From UHGV virus genome UHGV-0168673: 60,032 nt of DNA. One strand, written 5' to 3'. The notes under the pieces are model-generated. The model was not told where the DNA came from. It ran no database searches and worked only from the letters and a program-made list of their open reading frames with translations. This document shows positions 38,172-47,082 of the stretch, in pieces. Origin of the DNA: a virus. Within the stretch, counting starts at the first letter, position 1, and every line of letters starts with the position of its first letter. A program made the position numbers and the translations under genes.

Positions 38172-39491
38172 TCACACATAAAACACATCATAACGACCGC
38201 GGGTGACACCAACATAAAGAAGTTGTTGAGCTAGTTCAGCATCTGCATAATGAATACAAGGCGTATAAATGAAAGCACGGTCTACAGACATACCCTGAGC
38301 TTTATGGAATGTTGATGCAGGAAGTGCTTTCACTTTACTGAACTGTGATTTAGCATCCCAAAAATCACTCCATGGAGCTTTTCCGCCTTTGTTCCAATTT
38401 TTATAAGTTTCTGCCGTTTTACCTAAAAACAGGTTAAACTTATATAGCTCTTCATCAGATGAAATTATTTTAATCTTTTCACGATAATATTCATCATCGC
38501 CGTAAGTTTCTACTGTTAAATCCCAATGACGAATTAAGTATTCTCCAGGAACACCACGAGCTTTAACAAACGTCGATGTATACTCTGCTTCTATAATACG
38601 AACTAATTGCCCATTATTAAAAATAATTTCTGATACAGGCTTTCCATCAATTTTATATGTTTTAATTAATGGTTCCTGCATTACAATAATTTCACCGACA
38701 ATAAAATCTTTATCAGTTTCAAAAATCTTTTTACGAATAATGCTATTTAACTTATCAACAGATTTATTCGTAAATGCCATCACACGATTTTCAAACAAAT
38801 CATCTAATGATTTAACAATTGAAAAATAATTTACCATAAAATCGCGTAAAGCGGTATCACCAGTAAATCCACGTACTCCATGCCCGTCAACAACTTTATC
38901 ATAAATCCACTTACCGTTACGAACGTCAGTAGCTACATCAATAATAGGAGCATTACTGCGTTTAACTTCAGTGAGTTCACACTGATAAAAATCTTTATGT
39001 GTAAAGAATGGACTGATATAAGCAGTGTTTTCTCCTGGGTCAACAGGTCTGATTTGCTTATTATCACCTATTCCAATTATGGTACACCATGGCGGGATAG
39101 TTGAAAGCAGAATTTTAAATAGCTTTCTATCATACATTGACACTTCGTCGCAGATTAATACCCTGCATTTAGCTAAATCTGGTACTTCCTTCTGTTCAAA
39201 AAGAACGTTTTCTTCATACGTAACTGGGTTAATTTTAAGAATACTGTGAATAGTACTCGCTTCTTTCCCCGACAGTTTTGAAAGAATCTTTTTAGCTGCA
39301 TGTGTAGGAGCTGCCAAAATGATACCAGTTTCGCCTGTTGATATTAAAGCTTCAATGATGAACTTAGTAAGAGTAGTCTTACCAGTACCAGCAGGTCCAT
39401 TAATAGTTACATGATGTTTCTTTTCTTTAATAGCCCTCATAACAATGTTAAAGGCATTTTTCTGGCCTTCGGTCAAATCATCAAATGTCAT
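38172..39491 (-). CDS. dda: Dda DNA helicase (SF1B)
   Basis: 439-aa ORF MTFDDLTEGQKNAFNIVM..GPAGTGKTT (Walker A) matches T4 Dda. Confidence 0.95.
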   Translation of the reverse strand: MTFDDLTEGQKNAFNIVMRAIKEKKHHVTINGPAGTGKTTLTKFIIEALISTGETGIILAAPTHAAKKILSKLSGKEASTIHSILKINPVTYEENVLFEQKEVPDLAKCRVLICDEVSMYDRKLFKILLSTIPPWCTIIGIGDNKQIRPVDPGENTAYISPFFTHKDFYQCELTEVKRSNAPIIDVATDVRNGKWIYDKVVDGHGVRGFTGDTALRDFMVNYFSIVKSLDDLFENRVMAFTNKSVDKLNSIIRKKIFETDKDFIVGEIIVMQEPLIKTYKIDGKPVSEIIFNNGQLVRIIEAEYTSTFVKARGVPGEYLIRHWDLTVETYGDDEYYREKIKIISSDEELYKFNLFLGKTAETYKNWNKGGKAPWSDFWDAKSQFSKVKALPASTFHKAQGMSVDRAFIYTPCIHYADAELAQQLLYVGVTRGRYDVFYV

Positions 39492-39799
39492 CGTAAATTC
39501 CCTGCAATTGGTATACTAACAATACGCCCAGTATCTAAAATTCGCTGATATAATCTTTGTGTGTCTACATCAGGCTTAACATGTTTAACTTCTATTTTAT
39601 TAAACCAAAATTTACGTGGAGTCTCAACTAATCTTGGAATTCCCTTACCTAAAGCTAGTTGATACTGCTCTTTAAGAGTGGTAAATACTTTATCAGCAAT
39701 CTTCCATTCAAAAAATACAGCAGGACGATGTTCATCAAGTGGAACTGGCGCCGTAAATCCGTCTTTGTCTCGGTAAACTATCGCATATACATAAAACAT
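39488..39799 (-). CDS. Hypothetical protein (dda.1 position)
   Basis: 103-aa track ORF; start overlaps dda stop. Confidence 0.5.
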   Translation of the reverse strand: MFYVYAIVYRDKDGFTAPVPLDEHRPAVFFEWKIADKVFTTLKEQYQLALGKGIPRLVETPRKFWFNKIEVKHVKPDVDTQRLYQRILDTGRIVSIPIAGNLR

Positions 39800-39800
39800 A

Positions 39801-40547
39801 TTATCCTCGGATAAGTTTAAAAATTGAACAATTTAGCGGGTATCCTCTTTTCAGTTTAAGTTTATCAATAAAAGACAAGTTTTGATACCGCTCTACACCT
39901 TGAATAATTTTATCACACATATCATATTGCATTTCTGCTTCTGACAACTTTTTCACGGTTTTCCAATCCGAGCCTTTAAGAAGAACGTTCAATTTAACAA
40001 CTTCAGCGCCTTCTGCTATGCGAGAACCATCAATACGAGCTTTAAGTGCTATAATCCTTAGCTTAATGTCAGAGGTCTGTTTTGATTTAGAAAGCTGAGA
40101 AATGTGTTCAATTCGATTTTCACGCTTTTTCTGTATAGCTTTAATTTGATTATAAGTCTTTTTGATTTTAGCCCATTTCTTTTCATCTAAATTTAGTTTA
40201 TGAACTTTTTTCGCAGATGAACGACCAATTCGCAAAGCAAATAAATCCCGTTTTTCAATCAACTCTTCTAAAGTATAATCAGAACGAAATGTATTATACT
40301 TTTTCTTTACTGCAATAACATTCCCTTTAATGTATCCAATGTTATTATCAAAACGTTCTAATGATAATTTCTCTCCTTCAATACGATTATCAAAAGGTTC
40401 TCCCGAGTAAGCACAAACTTTCTGATCTAAAATGTTCTTAATGTAATTGAAGTCTAAGTTAAAATCTTTAGAACGTCTTTTTGCAGATGCCTGAGTATGC
40501 TCTAAACGACGTTTAATTTTACGAATTTGGTTATTAGACAGCTTCAT
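39801..40547 (-). CDS. srd: Basic protein, probable Srd homologue (by size and position between dda.1 and modA)
   Basis: 248-aa track ORF, lysine/arginine-rich; sequence not independently recognised. Confidence 0.5.
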   Translation of the reverse strand: MKLSNNQIRKIKRRLEHTQASAKRRSKDFNLDFNYIKNILDQKVCAYSGEPFDNRIEGEKLSLERFDNNIGYIKGNVIAVKKKYNTFRSDYTLEELIEKRDLFALRIGRSSAKKVHKLNLDEKKWAKIKKTYNQIKAIQKKRENRIEHISQLSKSKQTSDIKLRIIALKARIDGSRIAEGAEVVKLNVLLKGSDWKTVKKLSEAEMQYDMCDKIIQGVERYQNLSFIDKLKLKRGYPLNCSIFKLIRG

Positions 40548-40583
40548 ATTTTTCTCACATCTTACGGACGGTTAACTACTTAT

Positions 40584-40612
40584 ACTATAACATTTTTACT
40601 TTAACTTGTAAA
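40584..40612 (-). promoter_or_regulatory. Early promoter upstream of the srd-like gene (-35 TTTACA, 17 nt, -10 TATAGT)
   Basis: Minus strand aTTTACAagttaaagtaaaaatgtTATAGT. Confidence 0.45.
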
Positions 40613-40628
40613 TAACTTTATGTAAAAA

Positions 40629-40653
40629 TGCTTTAAAAATTTCATGGTATAAT
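40629..40653 (+). promoter_or_regulatory. Plus-strand MotA-box-like middle promoter (aTGCTTTA, 12 nt, TGgTATAAT) pointing antisense into modA
   Basis: aaaTGCTTTAaaaatttcaTGGTATAATg on plus strand in the srd-modA intergenic region. Confidence 0.3.
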
Positions 40654-40670
40654 GAATCTAAGTCCTTCCA

Positions 40671-41273
40671 TTATAGATTAAATCCTTCAAAATCAAGAGT
40701 ATAGATAGTGTATGTTGAATACTTTTTATACTCATATCTATCTGCAATTCTAAATACACTTCCAGCTGGTATCATTACTTCTTGTTCATCTGAAACTAAT
40801 TCCATATTACGATAGCGATGGCTATCCGGAAACTTAAAGTTTGGATTATATTCTTTGCAGCGTAGAGCTTTTATAGCATACTCCTGGAAATTGAATACCA
40901 TAGGAGCTTTGAATTCAAAAATAACTTGTGTGTTATACTCTAAACCGGAAGCAAAATGTAGAGCTATATTTTTATCATATGAAGCTGATACGACTTTATC
41001 AAATGTAATAATATCAATTCCTTGATTTAATACTTGCTTAGTCTCAGCTGGAACACCTCTCCAAAGAGGTTTATCGTTTGGAACCAAACGAGATTTGATT
41101 ATTTCATTTAACCAAGTATGGTCATCTGGCTTATTAGTAATACAATGAATTAAAAGTTCAATTTCAGATAAATTAAACCCTTCAGAAAGCAATTCTTCAC
41201 GAATAGAAGCACGCACCGATGCATCCATTGATTTTATTTTAAAATCTTTTAGTTGCATTACTGAGTATTTCAT
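40671..41273 (-). CDS. modA: ADP-ribosyltransferase ModA
   Basis: 200-aa ORF, size and position of T4 ModA; paralogue of the adjacent ORF. Confidence 0.75.
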   Translation of the reverse strand: MKYSVMQLKDFKIKSMDASVRASIREELLSEGFNLSEIELLIHCITNKPDDHTWLNEIIKSRLVPNDKPLWRGVPAETKQVLNQGIDIITFDKVVSASYDKNIALHFASGLEYNTQVIFEFKAPMVFNFQEYAIKALRCKEYNPNFKFPDSHRYRNMELVSDEQEVMIPAGSVFRIADRYEYKKYSTYTIYTLDFEGFNL

Positions 41274-41893
41274 TCAACTACCTCAATATCATAAACTTTA
41301 AATGTTCCAAATGAATCGTGTAATTTTTCTTTTGAAATAGAAGTTATTCTATACTTTCCAATTGGAATCATCCATTCTTGTTCATGTACAATCATCATTA
41401 AGTTATCAGTTCTTTCTGAATCTAACCCATCAGTATCTTCATACGTGTACTTAAACTCAGTATTAGGAGAAGAAAGTATAATATCGCTGATATGGTCAGA
41501 ATAATTAAAAGCTTTATCAGTTTTTAAGCGAAGTACTATTTCAGTGAAATATTCAGCATAAGAAAAAGAACACGCTGTATGCAAACTAGTAGTAAATGAA
41601 TCTACCCTGTTCGTTGAAAACACTTCTCCAACTTGCAAATCTTTAATAAGTTCTTTTGTCGATTTTGATATACCACGATATAATTGATAAGGCGATTTAG
41701 TTAAATGCTTTTTAATGATTTTATTCAACTGTCTGTGAAGAGCTTCATTCTTTTTGGCTTCCATACATTGCCAAAGAACAGACTGCTCAAAGTCAGTAAA
41801 TTTTTCACAGACTTTTTTATACATATCATATTGAAAATCAACGCTTTCAGCTTTTATAGATAACTGTTCAACATCTACAGGATTAATAATCAT
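41270..41893 (-). CDS. modB: ADP-ribosyltransferase ModB
   Basis: 207-aa ORF, size and position of T4 ModB; GGAGG SD and early promoter upstream. Confidence 0.75.
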   Translation of the reverse strand: MIINPVDVEQLSIKAESVDFQYDMYKKVCEKFTDFEQSVLWQCMEAKKNEALHRQLNKIIKKHLTKSPYQLYRGISKSTKELIKDLQVGEVFSTNRVDSFTTSLHTACSFSYAEYFTEIVLRLKTDKAFNYSDHISDIILSSPNTEFKYTYEDTDGLDSERTDNLMMIVHEQEWMIPIGKYRITSISKEKLHDSFGTFKVYDIEVVE

Positions 41894-41919
41894 GATAGCC
41901 TCCGTATACTTCAGAAGCT

Positions 41920-41949
41920 ATCATATCATCGTTAGAAAGGAAAGTAAAC
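41920..41949 (-). promoter_or_regulatory. Early promoter for modB-modA (-35 GTTTAC / -10 TGaTATGAT)
   Basis: Minus strand GTTTACtttcctttctaacgaTGATATGAT. Confidence 0.5.
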
Positions 41950-41960
41950 AACTTTTTGAA

Positions 41961-42143
41961 TTATTTTGCCCAGGGAGCCCAAGGCGGAGGGTCAAGATGG
42001 TATGAAGCTAGTTCTTCTAGAAGAGCATCTGGGGCTTCAATTCCATAATTCTGTAATACTATACGGTACTCTTTCTTATAATCACTAGAATCATTCTGGT
42101 TATTCGTAGAATGATTATCTTCTAACATCTCAAATAAATCCAT
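41961..42143 (-). CDS. Hypothetical protein
   Basis: 60-aa track ORF. Confidence 0.45.
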   Translation of the reverse strand: MDLFEMLEDNHSTNNQNDSSDYKKEYRIVLQNYGIEAPDALLEELASYHLDPPPWAPWAK

Positions 42144-42151
42144 ATTAATTC

Positions 42152-42622
42152 CTAGCGATAAAAACCAAAGTGACGATTAGCTTCAATGATCTTTCTTTCT
42201 TCTTCGGACATTCTCCAGCGTAGTCCAACATCAAAATGAGCCCAGACCATCCTAACAAATGCATTTATATCTTTAATATCTTCAATAATGAATGTTTTAC
42301 TTTTAGAAGGTTGACTCGCTAATTTAACTTTATCGTCTTCAAACATGTCAAAAAGACCATATTCATGAGCTCTTTTATAGCCTTTAATAGTTAAAGCTTC
42401 AGAAGAAGAAAATGGTGAATCTGTATTCTGCAAAATATCTTCAGTATGCTTTATAATTAGAATAACATTTTCTGGATATTTTCTTTCTTTTATATCTTTA
42501 ATTAAAATATCCGGATTTTCTGCTAAAGGAATAATTAACGAGCATTTTTTATCAAGTGTATTTACTGATTTACCTTCTTTAGACATAAATTCTATTGAAT
42601 ATAATTTTGCTACTTCAATCAT
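42152..42622 (-). CDS. Hypothetical protein
   Basis: 156-aa track ORF. Confidence 0.5.
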   Translation of the reverse strand: MIEVAKLYSIEFMSKEGKSVNTLDKKCSLIIPLAENPDILIKDIKERKYPENVILIIKHTEDILQNTDSPFSSSEALTIKGYKRAHEYGLFDMFEDDKVKLASQPSKSKTFIIEDIKDINAFVRMVWAHFDVGLRWRMSEEERKIIEANRHFGFYR

Positions 42623-42779
42623 GTGATTTCCTTTTGCCTACTAATGGACCGTCAGGAATTTTGTTTTCCTGAATGTATTTCTCATTTTCTTCCATCATTT
42701 TACTACCGATTTTAAGAAGCAAATCCATTGCTTCATTTGCTTTAGCCTTTGCCTCTTCTAACGTCATATCTTTGGTCAT
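42615..42779 (-). CDS. Small hypothetical protein (54 aa), not in ORF track
   Basis: [54 protein letters not shown]; ATGA overlap with upstream stop; stop overlaps downstream ATG. Confidence 0.45.
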   Translation of the reverse strand: MTKDMTLEEAKAKANEAMDLLLKIGSKMMEENEKYIQENKIPDGPLVGKRKSHD

Positions 42780-42979
42780 GATTTATCACCATAGATGTCT
42801 CTCATCAATTTAAGCGCTGAGCGTTCTAATTTCTTTTCTTTCTCAGCACTAATCATTGATTTCATCCATTCTTCTGACTCGTTCTGCATTTCTTTATTTG
42901 CTTGTTCAACCCAACCATCATCAATATACATTGAGTTTGGTCTATTGAACCATTCAAGCATTTTCTTCAGAGCTTTCAT
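42776..42979 (-). CDS. Hypothetical protein, 67 aa (possibly srh by position)
   Basis: Track ORF. Confidence 0.45.
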   Translation of the reverse strand: MKALKKMLEWFNRPNSMYIDDGWVEQANKEMQNESEEWMKSMISAEKEKKLERSALKLMRDIYGDKS

Positions 42980-43439
42980 CTATTTTACCTAAAACAATAG
43001 TAGGAGCATCGTCAAATTCATGAATTTTTAGCAATTTTGGATTTAAATTATTCCATACATAATAAATAAAGTATGATAAAGCATCTTCACTCGCAATTAT
43101 AAATTTATTTCCTTCATTTATTTTCCAGTCATATACTGAATCGTACGAATAAAAAGATAAAGGATTACCATTATATTGTTCTGCGCTAACATTAATGTAT
43201 TCGGATTTAGTAAATGCTTCAATTGCTCTAAACGGACTATTTGGCACAGTTTCAATAATTCCGATCTTTTTAAGTTTTATTTCAACATCTTCTGGAACTG
43301 GCATTGAAACGAAATTTTCTACGAGATACATAGGGTTACAATAACCCTTATCAATCACTACGGCTACAGTAATTGGAACATCTTTAGCAAACGACATGCT
43401 ATTACTGCTAATATACATTTCAAACAAAATCGCTTCCAT
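42954..43439 (-). CDS. Hypothetical protein, 161 aa from first ATG (possibly mrh by size and position)
   Basis: Track ORF 42954..43472; ATG at 43439 (MEAILFEM..) lies 8 nt after the upstream stop. Confidence 0.45.
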   Translation of the reverse strand: MEAILFEMYISSNSMSFAKDVPITVAVVIDKGYCNPMYLVENFVSMPVPEDVEIKLKKIGIIETVPNSPFRAIEAFTKSEYINVSAEQYNGNPLSFYSYDSVYDWKINEGNKFIIASEDALSYFIYYVWNNLNPKLLKIHEFDDAPTIVLGKIDESSEENA

Positions 43440-43447
43440 AATTTTCC

Positions 43448-43789
43448 TCAATCGCAAGATGTAGATGAACAACTAGAATCACAAGAACTTCCACATGAAT
43501 CACCCGCCCATACATGAACAGGAACATTAGTGTCATATGAATCAGAACTAGACTGTGTATTCTGTGCATTAGATGATGTAGTAGGTACTGACCAGCGCCA
43601 AGGATTTTTATAATATTCTTGGGCTTCTTCATAAGTCATAGTAACTGCTTCTACTGTTCCATCTCCCATATAAACATATTCAACTACAGTTAAAGGAAGG
43701 TAGTCATTTGAAATAGGAACTACACCTTCCCCAGGAGTCGTAGAGAAAAAATCCGTAAAGAAACTTTTAAACCAATTAAAGATAAACAT
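43448..43789 (-). CDS. Hypothetical protein with Cys/Ser-rich C-terminal tail
   Basis: 113-aa track ORF ending ..[20 protein letters not shown]; ATG overlaps upstream stop by 1 nt. Confidence 0.5.
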   Translation of the reverse strand: MFIFNWFKSFFTDFFSTTPGEGVVPISNDYLPLTVVEYVYMGDGTVEAVTMTYEEAQEYYKNPWRWSVPTTSSNAQNTQSSSDSYDTNVPVHVWAGDSCGSSCDSSCSSTSCD

Positions 43790-43995
43790 TACAGAAAGCC
43801 TCTTTTGAATTCGACTTGCTTCTCACCATAATCATATCGAATCTCTGCATTAAATTCGACAGAACCATCTGCGTACATCATAAATGAATGCACAACAACT
43901 TCTGTAGACCATGGTTGCAATTCATATTTCTTCATTACATGCCGTGAAATGATAATATCTAAATCTTCATTTGGTTTAATCCAACGATTTAACAT
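43789..43995 (-). CDS. Hypothetical protein
   Basis: 68-aa track ORF with GAGGAG SD and early promoter upstream. Confidence 0.5.
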   Translation of the reverse strand: MLNRWIKPNEDLDIIISRHVMKKYELQPWSTEVVVHSFMMYADGSVEFNAEIRYDYGEKQVEFKRGFL

Positions 43996-44021
43996 AGCGC
44001 TCTCCTCTATAAGATAATTCT

Positions 44022-44051
44022 ATTATACCATACTCATTGTGGAAAGTAAAC
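44022..44051 (-). promoter_or_regulatory. Early promoter (-35 GTTTAC / -10 TGgTATAAT)
   Basis: GTTTACtttccacaatgagtaTGGTATAAT on minus strand. Confidence 0.6.
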
Positions 44052-44060
44052 CGGTAAAAT

Positions 44061-44086
44061 GAAAAAAGGACTCCCGAAGGAGTCCT
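44061..44086 (-). terminator. Rho-independent terminator after soc (UUCG loop)
   Basis: Minus strand AGGACUCC-UUCG-GGAGUCCU followed by UUUUUU. Confidence 0.75.
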
Positions 44087-44101
44087 TGAATTATTAACCA
44101 C

Positions 44102-44338
44102 CTATTTCTGTAGGTGTAAACATTGCAGCATTGCAGCATTCTTAGTTTTCCAAGTTGCTGCATCGGAAACTACATCAGAATAAGCTGCTTTTTCTGACGG
44201 AAAGATTTGATAATGAGAATCTGCAATACGGTGTTCATTTGAATATACATCAAATGCTACAGAAACTTCCATACCTTTAACTTCTTTGCCTTCACCTGCT
44301 GGATGAGTAAAGGTCTTGATGTTAACGAAACCACCCAT
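44102..44338 (-). CDS. soc: Small outer capsid protein Soc
   Basis: 78-aa ORF ..FVNIKTF..VSVAF..YQIFPSEKAAYS.. resembles T4 Soc; late promoter upstream. Confidence 0.8.
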   Translation of the reverse strand: MGGFVNIKTFTHPAGEGKEVKGMEVSVAFDVYSNEHRIADSHYQIFPSEKAAYSDVVSDAATWKTKNAAMLQCLHLQK

Positions 44339-44369
44339 AATAAACTCCTTTATTGTTTAATTACAGGTG

Positions 44370-44377
44370 TATTTATA
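44370..44377 (-). promoter_or_regulatory. Late promoter TATAAATA for soc
   Basis: Exact TATAAATA on minus strand ~31 nt upstream of the soc ATG. Confidence 0.7.
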
Positions 44378-44551
44378 TCAGTCTTCAATGAAAACTTGTG
44401 CCAGGAATTCGTGTTCATCTTGAATTTGTTTATATAAAGCCATTACAGCATTTATATTAGAGCTATCTACTTTAAGTTGATAAGCATACCACTCGTGTAA
44501 ATTAATTAAAGCTTTTTGACGTCTAATAAATTCTTCTTTGGATATTTTCAT
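44375..44551 (-). CDS. Small hypothetical protein (58 aa), not in ORF track
   Basis: MKISKEEFIRRQKALINLHEWYAYQLKVDSSNINAVMALYKQIQDEHEFLAQVFIED; ATG overlaps upstream stop; would overlap the soc late promoter, so uncertain. Confidence 0.35.
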
Positions 44552-44742
44552 TTTGAATGCTCTATAATTAATTTTAAAGCTTCTTCACTGACAAAAATTT
44601 CGTCAGGACCTTCTATAACTTCAACCATACGAAGTTGATTAGTTAAGAGCTCACATACGAGCTCCTTGTTATAATCTTTAAATAGCTGGTCAATGCGTTT
44701 CTTATGGGCTTTCTTGAGCTGACGCTTATTTAAACGAGCCAT
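44548..44742 (-). CDS. Hypothetical basic protein
   Basis: 64-aa track ORF; ATG overlaps gene 56 stop by 1 nt. Confidence 0.5.
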   Translation of the reverse strand: MARLNKRQLKKAHKKRIDQLFKDYNKELVCELLTNQLRMVEVIEGPDEIFVSEEALKLIIEHSK

Positions 44743-45260
44743 TAATAACCTCGGTCTTGACGAGCGAAGTTTTCAGCATTTTTCAGGTAATAAAGTTTAA
44801 AGATTTCTTCAGCTGACATTCCAAGAGCAATAAATTTATTCATGAAAAAGTGAAATTGGTCAATCAGTTCAAATTTAATTTCAAGCTGATCTTCAGGAGA
44901 TAAATCTTGAATTTTCTTGGATTGCATTTCAGAATAACGTTTCTTCCAAGGTTTCCATACAGCAGAAGCTTCTTTTTCACCATTACTCATACCACCAAGA
45001 GAAGTATATAGCTCGCGAGTTTCATCTGCGATATAATCGTCTTGGTTTCGCAACCAAGCAAGAACTTCTCCTGCAGTTTCAAGTGAATCAGGATGACGAT
45101 TTGTTTCTGGTTTATCATTAGCCAAACGAATCTGTAAATGCCGCTGCATGTCAAGCATAACCTGCAGTGGGTCAATATTGTGCATAATATTCTCAGCATA
45201 TGCACGATTTGCTTTATCAACACCTTTGATCAAATGAGCACATTCATTAAAGTGAGCCAT
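44742..45260 (-). CDS. 56: dCTPase / dCTP pyrophosphatase gp56
   Basis: Track ORF starts at GTG 45353; from ATG 45260: MAHFNECAHLIKGVDKA..LQVMLDMQRHLQIRLAN..KEASAVWK..EIFKLYYLKNAENFARQDRGY matches T4 gp56. Confidence 0.9.
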   Translation of the reverse strand: MAHFNECAHLIKGVDKANRAYAENIMHNIDPLQVMLDMQRHLQIRLANDKPETNRHPDSLETAGEVLAWLRNQDDYIADETRELYTSLGGMSNGEKEASAVWKPWKKRYSEMQSKKIQDLSPEDQLEIKFELIDQFHFFMNKFIALGMSAEEIFKLYYLKNAENFARQDRGY

Positions 45261-45331
45261 TATTTTTCCTTTCAATTCATGGGTTAGTAGATTAATTATA
45301 CAATAAATATATAAAGCAATAAGGAGGACAT

Positions 45332-45532
45332 ATGGTACAAAAATTAATGGCACTTGTTAATGCCATAAAAGGTAATAAAAAACGTATAGCTTTTACTATT
45401 TCTGCTATGGTAGGAATTTTACTCTGGAACTTTATTCTATCACCTGTTGCAATTGCACATGGTATTAATATTCCAGTAGTTACTCTTGATACATTTGTAG
45501 ATTTAGCATTTGCTTTAGTTGGGTTAATTTAA
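45332..45532 (+). CDS. Small predicted membrane protein (66 aa) on the opposite strand
   Basis: Strong SD AAGGAGGA 5 nt before ATG; two hydrophobic segments; stop overlaps the gene 61 stop (convergent). Confidence 0.5.
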   Translation: MVQKLMALVNAIKGNKKRIAFTISAMVGILLWNFILSPVAIAHGINIPVVTLDTFVDLAFALVGLI

Positions 45533-46557
45533 ATCTTAGCATATTTAGATAACCGCATTTTAGCCATCAACCCCTGGGCAATATTATTTTTCATATATTC
45601 CATAATTTGTTCAGGGGTTGCACCTTCCTTTCTAATCATATCATTAACATCTTTTGATTTCCAGGGAGATTTATCCCAAAACATAACCCTTTCTCCTGCA
45701 TCAACTAATTTAGTCATTCGCTTAATAGTGTCAGGATGACGAGGTTCATTATCTAAAACCCACACACGTCTATCTTTAAATGGAACAACTTCTAGGTCTA
45801 ATTGACCACCCGTAATAGCTATACCATTTTCAATAAAAAGTGAATCTATAGGTCCTTCTAGAACATATACATCACCATCTTTAACTCGTTCAACACCGTA
45901 AATTTTTGTTGCCTCAGGATAAGCTTTAATGGTGATATATTTTTGAGGAGCATCTTTCTTTAATGCACGTCCTTGAAAAGACTCAGCTTTTCCATTAGCA
46001 TTATAAATTGGAATAACAAGACGAGGCTCAGAAATTTCCTTTTTGTATGTTCCCGGTGCTATGCTATTAACTAATTTAGGCCATTCAGTTGTAAACCAAA
46101 GATATTTCCATTTATCCTTTGGAATACAACGAGCTTTTACATATTTTATAATTGCATGGTCTTCCGCCAGTTTATCTAATCGAACACATGACGGAAGAGA
46201 TTTAATTATTTTCTTCTCAGGTTGTTTAGGAAGTTCTTTAGGTTTTTCTACTGGACGACTTTTACCTTTTTCTTTTCTTATTTCAAAGATATACTCACGA
46301 TATAAATCAGGTTCAAACTCCTTTAAATATATTCCGATTGGTGCATGATAGTTACAGTTATAACAATGAATATTTCCTTCATTATTATCACCATAATACC
46401 ATCCACGAGCTTTATTCTGATCGGTTTTTGAATCTCCACAAACAGGGCATCTAAACCGCAATTTAAAAGTTGAACTATTATTTACTTGTGCGAATTTAGG
46501 TAAATGAGCCAATGCACGATACGCAAACTCATTATCAATCCAAGGTATTGATGACAT
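45529..46557 (-). CDS. 61: DNA primase gp61
   Basis: 342-aa ORF MSSIPWIDNEFAYRALAHLPKF..CPVCGDS..CYNC (zinc ribbon) matches T4 gp61. Confidence 0.95.
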   Translation of the reverse strand: MSSIPWIDNEFAYRALAHLPKFAQVNNSSTFKLRFRCPVCGDSKTDQNKARGWYYGDNNEGNIHCYNCNYHAPIGIYLKEFEPDLYREYIFEIRKEKGKSRPVEKPKELPKQPEKKIIKSLPSCVRLDKLAEDHAIIKYVKARCIPKDKWKYLWFTTEWPKLVNSIAPGTYKKEISEPRLVIPIYNANGKAESFQGRALKKDAPQKYITIKAYPEATKIYGVERVKDGDVYVLEGPIDSLFIENGIAITGGQLDLEVVPFKDRRVWVLDNEPRHPDTIKRMTKLVDAGERVMFWDKSPWKSKDVNDMIRKEGATPEQIMEYMKNNIAQGLMAKMRLSKYAKI

Positions 46558-46723
46558 TTTTACTCTTCTTTTTCTTTAGATTCCTCTTTTTCTTTTTAGG
46601 AATCTGCTCAGGACCTTTATTTACTACAGCACCTGACGTTGTTCCAGTAGAGATATTTTCAGGATTACCACCTGAATCTCCAGCTACCATATCTTCTTTG
46701 ATAAATTCTTTATATGTTTTCAT
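46535..46723 (-). CDS. Hypothetical basic protein (61.1 position)
   Basis: 62-aa track ORF; lysine-rich C-terminus. Confidence 0.5.
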   Translation of the reverse strand: MKTYKEFIKEDMVAGDSGGNPENISTGTTSGAVVNKGPEQIPKKKKRNLKKKKSKNVINTLD

Positions 46724-46724
46724 A

Positions 46725-47081
46725 TTAACCTCTATTCATAAAAGCATTAAAAATTTGGTCATCAATAGATGGAATAGCAACCTTTTCGGCATCATTTAGC
46801 AAATCATTAATTTCATCAGATAACATAACACATGTGCCTTTATTTCCTGTAATTGTTACTGCACAATTACGAACGTTTTCTTTATCAAATTTTAGGTTAA
46901 TATTTTCGTAGTGAAAATCCTTTAATGCCGAATATATCTTTAAAATGAAATTGTCTTTTACTACAATAAACCCAACCTCACTATTAAAACGCGGTTCATG
47001 GAAACTGTAATAAACCTTTTCATCTATAAAATCGTATGAAATTTTTTCCATTTTTAAATATGAAAATTCAGAACTATACAT
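46725..47081 (-). CDS. Hypothetical protein; C-terminal tail duplicated from the adjacent 210-aa ORF
   Basis: 118-aa track ORF ending ..SIDDQIFNAFMNRG. Confidence 0.5.
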   Translation of the reverse strand: MYSSEFSYLKMEKISYDFIDEKVYYSFHEPRFNSEVGFIVVKDNFILKIYSALKDFHYENINLKFDKENVRNCAVTITGNKGTCVMLSDEINDLLNDAEKVAIPSIDDQIFNAFMNRG

Positions 47082-47082
47082 A

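Noticed and set aside
39488-39799. Possible GIY-YIG homing endonuclease in the dda.1-position ORF (N-terminus MFYVYAIVYRDKDG)
   Set aside because: Only a vague resemblance to the GIY motif; no YIG element, no conserved Arg/Glu downstream, and only 103 aa; not supportable as an endonuclease.
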